Under the pieces are notes generated by a model. It saw only the letters and a list, made by a program, of their open reading frames with translations, did not search any database and was not told where the DNA came from. Shown here piece by piece: positions 13,480 through 26,062 of a DNA stretch of 64,000 nt. A program made the translations under genes and the position numbers. Origin of the DNA: Eledone cirrhosa (lineage: Eukaryota). The stretch's first letter is position 1, and each line of letters starts with the position of its first letter. The DNA is taken from contig OZ024764.1 of assembly GCA_964016885.1 (NCBI GenBank), positions 9,424,001 to 9,488,000 of the forward strand. Reading direction: 5' to 3'.

Positions 13480-16192
13480 TACTGCCTTCAGTCATTAGAC
13501 TGTGGCCATGCTGGAGCACTGCCTTCAGTCATTAGACTGTGGCCATGCTGGGGCACTGGTTTCAGTCATTAGACTGTGGCGATGCTGGGGCACTGGTTTC
13601 AGTCATTAGACTGTGGCCATGCTGGAGCACTGCCTTCAGTCATTAGACTGTGGCCATGCTGGAGCACTGCCTTCAGTCATTAGACTGTGGCCATGCTGGG
13701 GCACTGGTTTCAGTCATTAGACTGTGGCCATGCTGGGGCACTGCCTTCAGTCATTAGACTGTGGCCATGCTGGGGCACTGCCTTCAGTCATTAGACTGTG
13801 GCCATGCTGGAGCACTGCCTTCAGTCATTAGACTGTGGCCATGCTGGGGCACTGGTTTCAGTCATTAGACTGTGGCGATGCTGGGGCACTGGTTTCAGTC
13901 ATTAGACTGTGGCCATGCTGGAGCACTGCCTTCAGTCATTAGACTGTGGCCATGCTGGAGCACTGCCTTCAGTCATTAGACTGTGGCCATGCTGGGGCAC
14001 TGCCTTCAGTCATTAGACTGTGGCCATGCTGGGGCACTGCCTTCAGTCATTAGACTGTGGCCATGCTGGAGCACTGCCTTCAGTCATTAGACTGTGGCCA
14101 TGCTGGGGCACTGGTTTCAGTCATTAGACTGTGGCGATGCTGGGGCACTGGTTTCAGTCATTAGACTGTGGCCATGCTGGAGCACTGCCTTCAGTCATTA
14201 GACTGTGGCCATGCTGGAGCACTGCCTTCAGTCATTAGACTGTGGCCATGCTGGGGCACTGGTTTCAGTCATTAGACTGTGGCCATGCTGGGGCACTGGT
14301 TTCAGTCATTAGACTGTGGCCATGCTGGGGCACTGCCTTCAGTCATTAGACTGTGGCCATGCTGGGGCACTGCCTTCAGTCATTAGACCGTGGCCATGCT
14401 GGAGCACTGCCTTCAGTCATTAGACCGTGGCCATGCTGGGGCACTGCCTTCAGTCATTAGACCGTGGCCATGCTGGAGCACTGCCTTCAGTCATTAGACC
14501 GTGGCCATGCTGGAGCACTGCCTTCAGTCATTAGACCGTGGCCATGCTGGAGCACTGCCTTCAGTCATTAGACCGTGGCCATGCTGGAGCACTGCCTTCA
14601 GTCATTAGACCGTGGCCATGCTGGAGCACTGCCTTCAGTCATTAGACCGTGGCCATGCTGGAGCACTGCCTTCAGTCATTAGACCGTGGCCATGCTGGAG
14701 CACTGCCTTCAGTCATTAGACTGTGGCCATGCTGGAGCACTGCCTTCAGTCATTAGACTGTGGCCATGCTGGAGCACTGCCTTCAATCATTAGACTGGCC
14801 ATGCTGGGGCACTGCCTTCAGTCATTGGACTGTGGCCATGCTGGGGCACTGGTTTCAGTCATTAGACTGTGGCGATGCTGGGGCACTGGTTTCAGTCATT
14901 AGACTGTGGCCATGCTGGAGCACTGCCTTCAGTCATTAGACTGTGGCCATGCTGGAGCACTGCCTTCAGTCATTAGACTGTGGCCATGCTGGAGCACTGC
15001 CTTCAGTCATTAGACTGTGGCCATGCTGGGGCACTGGTTTCAGTCATTAGACTGTGGCCATGCTGGGGCACTGCCTTCAGTCATTAGACTGTGGCCATGC
15101 TGGGGCACTGCCTTCAGTCATTAGACTGTGGCCATGCTGGGGCACTGCCTTCAGCCATTAGACCGTGGCCATGCTGGAGCACTGCCTTCAGTCATTAGAC
15201 CGTGGCCATGCTGGGGCACTGCCTTCAGTCATTAGACTGTGGCCATGCTGGAGCACTGCCTTCAGTCATTAGACCGTGGCCATGCTGGAGCACTGCCTTC
15301 AGTCATTAGACCGTGGCCATGCTGGAGCACTGCCTTCAGTCATTAGACCGTGGCCATGCTGGAGCACTGCCTTCAGTCATTAGACCGTGGCCATGCTGGA
15401 GCACTGCCTTCAGTCATTAGACCGTGGCCATGCTGGAGCACTGCCTTCAGTCATTAGACTGTGGCCATGCTGGAGCACTGCCTTCAGTCATTAGACTGTG
15501 GCCATGCTGGAGCACTGCCTTCAGTCATTAGACTGGCCATGCTGGGGCACTGCCTTCAGTCATTGGACTGTGGCCATGCTGGGGCACTGCCTTCAGTCAT
15601 TAGACTGTGGCCATGCTGGGGCACTGCCTTCAGTCATTGGACTGTGGCCATGCTGGGGCACTGCCTTCAGTCATTAGACTGTGGCCATGCTGGGGCACTG
15701 CCTTCAGTCATTAGACTGTGGCCATGCTGGAGCACTGCCTTCAGTCATTAGACTGTGGCCATGCTGGGGCACTGCCTTCAGTCATTAGACTGTGGCCATG
15801 CTGGGGCACTGCCTTCAGTCATTAGACTGTGGCCATGCTGGGGCACTGCCTTCAGTCATTAGACTGTGGCCATGCTGGGGCACTGCCTTCAGTCATTAGA
15901 CTGTGGCCATGCTGGGGCACTGCCTTCAGTCATTAGACTGTGGCCATGCTGGGGCACTGCCTTCAGTCATTAGACTGTGGCCATGCTGGAGCACTGCCTT
16001 CAGTCATTAGACTGTGGCCATGCTGGAGCACTGCCTTCAGTCATTAGACTGTGGCCATGCTGGGGCACTGCCTACTTTTACTGGTTCCAGTTATTAGACC
16101 GTGGCCATGCTGGGGCACTGCCTTCAGTCATTAGACTGTGGCCATACTGGAGCACTGCCTTCAGTCATTAGACTGTGGCCATGCTGGGGCAC
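13480..16192. repeat. 37-bp minisatellite, about 73 copies
   Basis: Unit ACTGCCTTCAGTCATTAGACTGTGGCCATGCTGG(G/A)GC. Confidence 0.97.
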
Positions 16193-16407
16193 ACACAAAC
16201 ACCACACATACTTATTTTAGTTTTTTTACAAGCTCGGTATACATTTTATCAAACTGTGTTTGTCAGACTGCTAACGTCTAGATGTATACTGGCATGACGA
16301 CACACACTCATATCTATATATACACACACACACACATATCTATATATACACACACACACACATATCTATATATACACACACACACACATCTATATATACA
16401 CACACAC

Positions 16408-16438
<31 letters not shown>

Positions 16439-16777
16439 TATCTATATATACACACACTCATATCTATATATACACACACACACATATCTATATATACACA
16501 CACACATCTATATCTATACACACACACACACACACATCTATACACACACACACACACACATATCTATATACACACACACACACACACATCTATATACACA
16601 CACACACACATATCTATATACACACACACACACACATCTATATACACACATACACACATCTATATACACACACACACACACACATGTATGTTGGGTCATC
16701 ATGTATGAAATTTGTAGAAACTTGTTTTTTTTTCTACAAATTTTTACAAACTTCATACTTGACAACCCAATATATAT

Positions 16778-16808
<31 letters not shown>

Positions 16809-16831
16809 GACATACACACATATATACATAC

Positions 16832-16914
16832 CTGGGTATCCACGCACACCAATCATGTCACCTCTCTTGACTTTTTCATTAGTTGCCAGGAATTCCTCTT
16901 CAGATTTGTAGAAT
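16832..16914 (-). CDS. KARS1: LysRS exon 6 (FYKSEEEFLATNEKVKRGDMIGVRGYP)
   Basis: CAG/GTATGT sites, 83 nt, RGD-IG motif. Confidence 0.95.
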
Positions 16915-16956
16915 CTGTTGGTGGGACAGACAGTGTATAGATTGTGTATATATCTT

Positions 16957-17028
<72 letters not shown>

Positions 17029-17166
17029 ACAAACATAGAATATTCGAAAATATTCTGTATGTTTATAATAAACATTTTGAAGACCCAATCGCTATAGAAT
17101 AGAATACGTCACGTATTACAATTTGAGATTCTCGATTGTGTCGTTCTCGATAAAAGTATTGGATAT

Positions 17167-17209
17167 GTAATCCTGAAGATTTCTAACAAGAATGAAACGC
17201 GTAGATTAC
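17167..17209 (+). ncRNA. Minimal type I hammerhead ribozyme motif
   Basis: GTAATC-CTGAAGA-t TTCT aaca AGAA t-GAAA-CGCG-TA-GATTAC. 6-bp stem I, 4-bp stem II above a U.U pair, palindromic ACGCGT stem III, GUA triplet. Confidence 0.75.
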
Positions 17210-17860
17210 TTCCCTTACTTTTATCGAGAATCTCAAATTGTAATACGTGACGTATTCTATTCTATAGCGATTGGGTCTTCAAAATGTTTATTATAAACAT
17301 ACAGAATATTTTCGAATATTCTATGTTTGTCTTCACATATATATCGCTATTTCAGAGCATTAAATCAAAATATATATATATATATATAATGCAATGAAAT
17401 ACCAATGATGGTTGGCAAATCACTGATGAGGGACTAATTTTATAATATGTAATCCATGTGCAACCATGCAGTATTCTTCTTCCCCTTGTTTTTCATATAT
17501 AAATATATATATATATACACATTCATATATATATACACATACATATATACATATATATATACACATACATATATACATATATATACACATACATATATAC
17601 ATATATATACACATACATATATATATACATTTATATACACATATATACATATATATACACATACATATATATATATATACACATACATATATATACACAT
17701 ACATATATATATATATACACATACATATATATATATATATATACACATACATATATATATATATACACATACACATATATATATATACACACATACATAC
17801 ATATATATATACACACATACATATATATATATATACACATACACATATATATATATACAC

Positions 17861-17902
<42 letters not shown>

Positions 17903-18008
17903 ATATATATATATATACACATACATATATACACACATATATATATATATATATACACATACATATATACACACATATATATATATACACATACATATAT
18001 ATATATAT

Positions 18009-18045
<37 letters not shown>

Positions 18046-18454
18046 TTCTTATACATACATATATACATATATATATACACATATATTCTTATACATACAT
18101 ATATACATATATATATACACATATATTCTTATACATACATATATGCATATATATACACATATATATATATATATATATATACACACATGCATATATATAT
18201 ATACATATATGCATATATATACACATATATTCATATACATACATATATGCATATATATACACACATATATACATATACATACATAAACACATATATTCAT
18301 ATACATACATATATGCATATATATACACACATATATACATATATATATATACACACATATATTCATAGACATACCTTTATGCATATATATATATATACAC
18401 ATATATACATATATATATATACACATATATACATATATATATATACACACATGC

Positions 18455-18485
<31 letters not shown>

Positions 18486-18530
18486 CACACATATATTCAT
18501 ATACATACATATATGCATATATATACACAC

Positions 18531-18565
<35 letters not shown>

Positions 18566-18822
18566 GATATATATAAATACACATACATATATATACGAGA
18601 GAGAGAGTGGTAGAGAGTTGATAGGGAGAAAAAGGATATATATACATATATATAGAAGGAACAAGAGGCTGCGTGGTTACTTGATAAAGTGTATTTAGAA
18701 ATAAAAGGAAAACACAAAAACAGGACATGTCCCCTCATCAGTTGTCTGCTGGATGTCTAGGACTTTTCAACGCATCAATAACTTTTCATACAGAGAAGGA
18801 GAAAGAGAGATGTAGAACCTAC

Positions 18823-18916
18823 TTTGAGTTGGCCATCACTTGGATCTTGACATCGTCGCCGCGGAGATCGTAAAAGAGGAGTTTAGCTCCCGAGACCCTT
18901 TTGGAATGGATTCTTC
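18823..18916 (-). CDS. KARS1: LysRS exon 5 ([30 protein letters not shown])
   Basis: CAG/GTAGGT sites, 94 nt, part of the anticodon-binding OB fold. Confidence 0.95.
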
Positions 18917-19054
18917 CTGGAAGTAGAAAAAAAGAGAGAGTGGTGCTTAAATAAATGGAATAATCCTTGCAGGTCAAATTGATATTATACTAGAAATTTT
19001 TCAACATGCTGATGCATACGTGTATATGTATGTGTGTATATTTTTTCAACACAT

Positions 19055-19900
19055 CATCATCATCATCATCATCATCGTTCAACGTCCCTGTTCCACGCTT
19101 GCATGGATTTGGACGGGGGTTTTCCCACTTGAGGCAAGAGTGGTTGTCTTGCTCGCATAGGACTGTCTGGCGGGTTTTCTACAGCTGGATGCCCTTCCTA
19201 ACACCAACCACATTTACAGTGTGGGGCTGGGAGGTTTTTACCGTGTTGCCTACACGGCCACATTACAGCGTGGACTCTCTGGCGGGTTTTCTACAGCTGG
19301 GTGCCCTTCCTAACACCAACCACATTTACAGTGTGGGGCTGGGAGGTTTTTACCGTGTTGCCTACATGGCCACATTACAGCGTGGACTGTGTGTTTTTTT
19401 GTCGTGACACCTACACGATCTCGTTTGTTTCGGCCTGGATATATATATAGATATATATATACATATATATCTGTATATATTTTTACATATATATCTATAT
19501 TTATACATATATCTATATTTATACATATATATCTATATATACATATATTTATATATATATATCCTCATTATCATCGTTTAACGTCTATCTTCCACGCTAG
19601 CATGGGTTAAACGGGAATTGTCCCACTTGAGGCAAGATTGGTCAGGTGACCCTCTCTCACTCGTATAGGACTGTATCTGGCAGGTTTTCTATGGCAGGAT
19701 GCCCCGTCCTAACACCAACCACATTTACAGTGTGGACTGGGAGCTTTTTACCATGTCTCCTACACAACGACATTACAGTGTGGACTGTGTGTTTTTTTTT
19801 GTCGTGACACCTACATGACCTCATTAGTTTGGACTGGATGTTGTGGTACCAACATAACTTTATAGAGAACGGGGTGGTGTTGGTGGGAGTGGGAGGATGG
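19055..19900 (-). mobile_element. Two RTE 3' UTR fragments
   Basis: Reverse complement of the 61090-61602 UTR, including the (CAT)n tail. Confidence 0.75.
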
Positions 19901-20156
19901 AGTGGGGTGAGAATGTATGCATGCATTTATATATATATATATATACAAATGAGCATTTCTAGTCAACGTAAACTTGTGGGGGAAGGGTGGTGCGATTAGG
20001 AGTTGAGAGGTTTGTATTCGTACAATATGCAAATTAGCATTAACAGCCAATGTTTAATTTATACAATATGCAAATAAGCAGTTCCAGCCACCAAATTATT
20101 ATTTGTACAATATGCAAATTAGCACTGCTAGCCGATGAATTATTATTTGTAGTTAC

Positions 20157-20322
20157 CTGCAACGCTTACTTCCACATTTTCCATCACAGTGCCAGGTTCT
20201 ATGTTGGAATATTTATCTATGAAACTACTTAGAGAAATGCCGACATGGAACTTATGTGGATATGGGTTGGCGCCATCTGCTTTCAGCTGGTGTATGGCCT
20301 TGCTGCGGAGTCTGAAATATTC
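20157..20322 (-). CDS. KARS1: LysRS exon 4 (EYFRLRSKAIHQLKADGANPYPHKFHV...VSVAG)
   Basis: CAG/GTAACT sites, 166 nt, contains the PYPHKF motif. Confidence 0.95.
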
Positions 20323-20414
20323 CTGAAGAGAGAGAGGAGAGAGACTGAGTGAATATGAGCAAAAGAATGAGAAAAAATTAACGGAGACAACCAGGTAGAG
20401 CTGCTACTTCTCCA

Positions 20415-20980
20415 AATTGAGAGATCACAGCTCAGATCCTACAGACATGTAGTTAGAATGTCTCAGGAAAGAATCTCTGAATTGAGAGATCACAGCTCTG
20501 ATACTACAGACATGTGGTTAGAATGTCTCAGGAAAGAATCTCTGAATTGTGAGATCACAGCTCTGATACTACAGACATGTGGTTAGAATGTCTCAGGAAA
20601 GAATCTCTGAATTGTGAGATCACAGCTCTGATACTACAGACATGTGGTTAGAATGTCTCAGGAAAGAATCTCTGAATTGTGAGATCACAGCTCTGATACT
20701 ACAGACATGTGGTTAGAATGTCTCAGGAAAGAATCTCTGGATTGAGAGATCACAGCTCTGATACTACAGACATGTGGCTAGAATGTTTCAGGAAAGAATC
20801 TCTGAATTGAGAGATCACAGCTCTGATACTACAGACATGTGGTTAGAATGTCTCAGGAAAGAATCTCTGAATTGTGAGATCACAGCTCTGATACTACAGA
20901 CATGTGGTTAGAATGTCTCAGGAAAGAATCTCTGAATTGTGAGATCACAGCTCTGACACTACAGACATGTGGTTAGAATG
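20415..20980. repeat. 65-bp tandem repeat, about 9 copies, LINE-derived
   Basis: GAGATCACAG at 20421, 20486, 20551...20941. The first copy reads LLLQIERSQLRSYRHVVRMSQERI. Confidence 0.9.
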
Positions 20981-21272
20981 AATGTATTTTAAACGTCCAA
21001 TGAAAATTAATTGGTGCTAGAATGCTACCACTTAAAACAAAATTTTGCAGGAGAAAGAGCAAATATACCTGGTTGGGTAGGAGGTAGAGTTGAAAAAAAA
21101 CCTGAAAAACCAATAAGCTGGGGAGGAGACTATTATTTGAGACCCGAAAGTAGGATGAGAGAAAGGGAAAAAAAATATCTGGTGTGAAACGCCCCGTTCC
21201 CCTAGAAATTACGAAAGGGTCTTTTTAGGGGAAAAAATGTGTAGTTTGGTGAGGCATTTCCAAAATACTTAC

Positions 21273-21402
21273 GTTAGGGTCAATGTCTTCATCATCAGTG
21301 CTAATTAATTTGTTCTGTTTTTCAGCACCAGGTTCGGCTAAACCCGCCTTCTCTGCTTTTTCCTGGGTCTTCTTCTGGGCCTTTAACTGGCGCTTTTGCT
21401 CA
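21273..21402 (-). CDS. KARS1: LysRS exon 3 (EQKRQLKAQKK...DDEDIDPN)
   Basis: CAG acceptor, GTAAGT donor, 130 nt. Lys-rich eukaryotic N-terminal extension ending in DPN. Confidence 0.93.
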
Positions 21403-21702
21403 CTGGAGGGGGAGAAATGGTACAACAAACGCACATATAAATATATATATCTGTGTGTGTGTGTGTGTATATACAGTTAATTAAAGAAATAACAAACACA
21501 GATGTAAAAACAAAGTCTTATTAGTATCATGCTTACATGCACACACATAATATATGTATATATATATATATATACGTTATTCCGGGTTGAATCGGAGGTA
21601 ACCACAGTAAGTAAGGTACTCAATACAATGCAGAGTATAAAAGTTTTAATATAGATGAGAATCTACAGGACTAGAACTGTTTGATTCTTTAGAAATCATC
21701 AG

Positions 21703-21751
21703 GAATCCTGATGATTTCTAAAGAATGAAACAGTTCTAGTCCTGTAGATTC
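21703..21751 (+). ncRNA. Type I hammerhead ribozyme motif
   Basis: GAATC-CTGATGA-t TTC taaa GAA t-GAAA-CAG ttctagtc CTG-TA-GATTC. Stems I, II and III all pair; GUA triplet. Confidence 0.7.
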
Positions 21752-21767
21752 TCATCTATATTAAAAC

Positions 21768-21815
<48 letters not shown>

Positions 21816-22149
21816 CACATCAATTTGTTTTTGTTCTGAATCATTTCTATTTCACATTTGACAAGGGGTATTAGCCCTGAAATATACTTGGTAAAACATT
21901 ACTTTATTTTGTTTTATTTGTCACCCTTTGCTCTTTATATATTTCCACCACATTGTACCAGCTTTTTGAAAATGATCAGTCATTTATTAGTAAAAAAGAA
22001 AAATTTTTTTTAATAAGTACTGAAGTCAATACATTTCAATGTACTTGGGGTCCAAAGAGCAAGAAATCTCCGCGCCATATCACACTGGGATGGCAGGTCT
22101 TTGGATAAACGAGTGCCATTTTCAAGAACAAACACATGTCAATCGTCTT

Positions 22150-23010
22150 GAAACGTCAGATTTATGACCAGTGTATTCTGCAGACTGTTACCTATGGATC
22201 AGAAACTTGGAACCTAACAAAACAACAAGATCTAAAGCTACACACAATGAAAGGACCATTTTAGACATCACATGGCAAAAAACATCGACAAACGGCTAAA
22301 AGAATCTGAGGAAAAACAAAAAGTTGTCCTGAAACGTCAGATTTATGACCAGTGTATTCTATAGACTGTCACCTATAGGTCAGAAACTTGGAACCTAACG
22401 AAACAACAAGATCTAAAGCTACACACAATGAAAGGACCATTTTAGACATCACATGGCAAAAAACATCGACAAACTGCTAAAAGAATCTGAGGAAAAACAA
22501 AAAGTTGTCCTGAAACGTCAGATTTATGACCAGTGTATTCTATAGACTGTCACCTATAGGTCAGAAACTTGGAACCTAACGAAACAACAAGATCTAAAGC
22601 TACACACAATGAAAGGACCATTTTAGACATCACATGGCAAAAAACATCGACAAACTGCTAAAAGAATCTGAGGAAAAACAAAAAGTTGTCCTGAAACGTC
22701 AGATTTATGACCAGTGTATTCTATAGACTGTCACCTATAGGTCAGAAACTTGGAACCTAACGAAACAACAAGATCTAAAGCTACACACAATGAAAGGACC
22801 ATTTTAGACATCACATGGCAAAAAACATCGACAAACTGCTAAAAGAATCTGAGGAAAAACAAAAAGTTGTCCTGAAACGTCAGATTTATGACCAGTGTAT
22901 TCTATAGACTGTCACCTATAGGTCAGAAACTTGGAACCTAATGAAACAGCAAACTCTAAAGCTACATACAATGCAAAGAGCCCATGAAACGATCATTTTA
23001 GACATCACAT
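22150..23010. repeat. 181-bp tandem repeat, about 4.7 copies, LINE-derived
   Basis: GAAACGTCAG at 22150, 22331, 22512, 22693 and 22874. Confidence 0.92.
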
Positions 23011-23089
23011 AGTAAAAAAAAAAAAAAAAAATCAACAAACTGCTAAAAGGTATCTGAGATAAAAACAAAACTTTGCGACATCCTAGAAA

Positions 23090-23576
23090 TCTATATACAT
23101 AAATGGCAATTTCTGTCTCTGTTTGTGTGTTTGTTTGTTTGTGAACCTAAAACTCAAAAACTACCAAACCGATCTTGATGAAACTTGACACGTGTATGGG
23201 GCTCATGCCCATTTTATTTCTTACATATATTTCATTTTAATCAAAGGGCTGAAAATTTTTTCCCTTCGATTTATATGAAATTTAAACCATAGGTAAATGA
23301 CAAGATATGATGCCTATTCACAAAAGTTTTGAATTGATATTTAAAAAAAAATTATTTACAAGAAACAAAATAAGAATAACATTTAATAATGTAATATTGA
23401 TTTGATATATTACAAAAAATAATGTTTTTCAATTTTTCATGCATTACATTTTACATTGAGTAATATTGAAATGCAGAGTTTTTCTCCATAAATTATATCA
23501 CTGATTTATAATCAATCATCATTTTCTTAAAAAAAAAAATGTGTGAAATGCAGCAAGGCGCGGGTAAATCGGCTAG
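23090..23576 (+). mobile_element. Non-autonomous Helitron-like element inserted at A|T
   Basis: TC...CTAG termini and no TSD. Removing it restores the LINE reading frame GAA A|TT ATT. Confidence 0.75.
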
Positions 23577-23646
23577 TTATTAATAAAGCAAAATGGAAGT
23601 GGGTAAGACCCATTACCAGAATGACTAACAACAGATGGACCACCGG

Positions 23647-25272
23647 TGTCACACAAGAAACCAAGGCCGCCAGAAGACCAGGTGGTGAGATAACCATGAG
23701 AAAATTGAAATATTTTGGCCATGAATGTCACCTTTGGGCGACCTCATTAGGTCACACAAGAAACCAAGGCCGCCAGAAGACCAGGTGGTGAGATAACCAT
23801 GAGAAAATTGAAATATTTTGGCCATGAATGTCACATTTGGGCGACCCCATTAGGTCACACAAGAAACAAAGGCTGCCAGAAGACCAGGTGGTGAGATAAC
23901 CATGAGAAAATTGAAATATTTTGGCCATGAATGTCACCTTTGGGCGACCTCATTAGGTCACACAAGAAACCAAAGCCGCCAGAAGACCAGGTGGTGAGAG
24001 AACCATGAGAAAATTGAAATATTTTGGCCATGAATGTCACCTTTGGGCGACCTCATTAGGTCACACAAGAAACCAAAGCCGCCAGAAGACCAGGTGGTGA
24101 GAGAACCATGAGAAAATTGAAATATTTTGGCCATGAATGTCACATTTGGGCGACCTCATTAGGTCACACAAGAAACCAAGGCTGCCAGAAGACCAGGTGG
24201 TGAGATAACCATGAGAAAATTGAAATATTTTGGCCATGAATGTCACCTTTGGGCGACCTCATTAGGTCACACAAGAAACCAAGGCTGCCAGAAGACCAGG
24301 TGGTGAGAGAACCATGAGAAAATTGAAATATTTTGGCCATGAATGTCACATTTGGGCGACCCCATTAGGTCACACAAGAAACCAAGGCTGCCAGAAGACC
24401 AGGTGGTGAGATAACCATGAGAAAATTGAAATATTTTGGCCATGAATGTCACCTTTGGGCGACCCCATTAGGTCACACAAGAAACCAAGTCCGCCAGAAG
24501 ACCAGGTGGTGAGATAACCATGAGAAAATTGAAATATTTTGGCCATGAATGTCACCTTTGGGCGACCCCATTAGGTCACACAAGAAACCAAGTCCGCCAG
24601 AAGACCAGGTGGTGAGATAACCATGAGAAAATTGAAATATTTTGGCCATGAATGTCACATTTGGGCGACCTCATTAGGTCACACAAGAAACCAAAGCCGC
24701 CAGAAGAACAGGTGGTGAGAGAACCATGAGAAAATTGAAATATTTTGGCCATGAATGTCACATTTGGGCGACCCCATTAGGTCACACAAGAAACCAAGGC
24801 TGCCAGAAGACCAGGTGGTGAGATAACCATGAGAAAATTGAAATATTTTGGCCATGAATGTCACCTTTGGGCGACCTCATTAGGTCACACAAGAAACCAA
24901 GGCCGCCAGAAGACCAGGTGGTGAGAGAACCATGAGAAAATTGAAATATTTTGGCCATGAATGTCACATTTGGGCGACCCCATTAGGTCACACAAGAAAC
25001 CAAGGCCGCCAGAAGACCAGGTGGTGAGATAACCATGAGAAAATTGAAATATTTTGGCCATGAATGTCACCTTTGGGCGACCTCATTAGGTCACACAAGA
25101 AACCAAGGCTGCCAGAAGACCAGGTGGTGAGATAACCATGAGAAAATTGAAATATTTTGGCCATGAATGTCACATTTGGGCGACCCCATTAGGTCACACA
25201 AGAAACCAAGGCTGCCAGAAGACCAGGTGGTGAGATAACCATGAGAAAATTGAAATATTTTGGCCATGAATG
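23647..25272. repeat. 103-bp tandem repeat, about 16 copies, inside the RTE remnant
   Basis: ORF-track entries recur every 103 bp. Confidence 0.95.
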
Positions 25273-25384
25273 ACTCAGGAATGGCAAAGATGGCAAAGTT
25301 AGGGGAAGATCTAGGACCAACAATGGACTTTCCAGGGCTGAAGACGGCGACCGACAAAATCCCTTCAAGGTCACAGTGTACTAA

Positions 25385-25875
25385 ACGAAACCAGTAAAAG
25401 GCAGTGCCCCAGCATGGCCAATGTACTAACTGAAACTAGTAAAAGAAGGCAGTGCTCCAGCATGGCCACAGTCTAATGACTGAAACCAGCAAAAGAAGGC
25501 AGTGCCCCAGCATGGCCACAGTCTAATAACTGAAACCAGCAAAAGAAGGCAGTGCTCCAGCATGGCCACAGTCTAATGACTGAAACCAGCAAAAGAAGGC
25601 AGTGCCCCAGCATGGCCACAGTCTAATAACTGAAACCAGCAAAAGAAGGCAGTGCCCCAGCATGGCCACAGTCTAATAACTGAAACCAGTAAAAGAAGGC
25701 AGTGCTCCAGCATGGCCACAGTCTAATGACTGAAACCAGCAAAAGAAGGCAGTGCTCCAGCATGGCCACAGGCAAATGACAGAAATCAGTGCCCCAGCAT
25801 GGCCAGAGTCTAATGACTAAAACCAGTAAAAGAGGGCAGGGCCCCAACATGGCCACAATCTAATGACTGAAACGA
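25385..25875. repeat. 50-bp tandem repeat, about 9 copies, reverse-complement relative of the 37-bp unit
   Basis: Unit GGCAGTGCCCCAGCATGGCCACAGTCTAATGACTGAAACCAGCAAAAGAA. Confidence 0.9.
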
Positions 25876-26062
25876 GTGAAGAAAAACAAACATATAAATA
25901 ATAAAAAGCGTTACAATATAGGGGACGTAACTCTGTATTTTGACAGAATTACTTATTCTATTACCTCCCCTCACTGATTGAGATTGATCCGACAGTTGGA
26001 ACATCTTTGATCATAGGTCTGCTGGATCAGGACCGACCTGGGGCTAAATAACAAGGAAGGAA

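Larger units (their letters stand above)
16300..18600. repeat. (TA)/(CA) compound microsatellite fields around exon 6
   Basis: Direct inspection; interrupted by exon 6 and the 17026-17332 hairpin. Confidence 0.9.
22040..25385 (+). mobile_element. Degraded RTE LINE 3' part with two internally amplified segments and a nested Helitron-like insertion
   Basis: LKRQIYDQCILQTVTYGSETWNLTK and DILE|IINKAKWKW...RWTT peptides. Confidence 0.75.

Noticed and set aside
13480-16192. 37-bp repeats of CRISPR-like length (also the 48- and 51-bp arrays)
   Set aside because: Head-to-tail units with no unique spacers, no cas genes, and a eukaryotic intron context.
17421-18745. CTGATGAGGG motifs at about 17423 (+) and 18732-18741 (-)
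   Set aside because: No downstream GAAA or closing stems.
23649-25374. Sixteen 61-aa ORFs resembling a tandem peptide gene array
   Set aside because: Overlapping artefacts of the 103-bp LINE-derived repeat.
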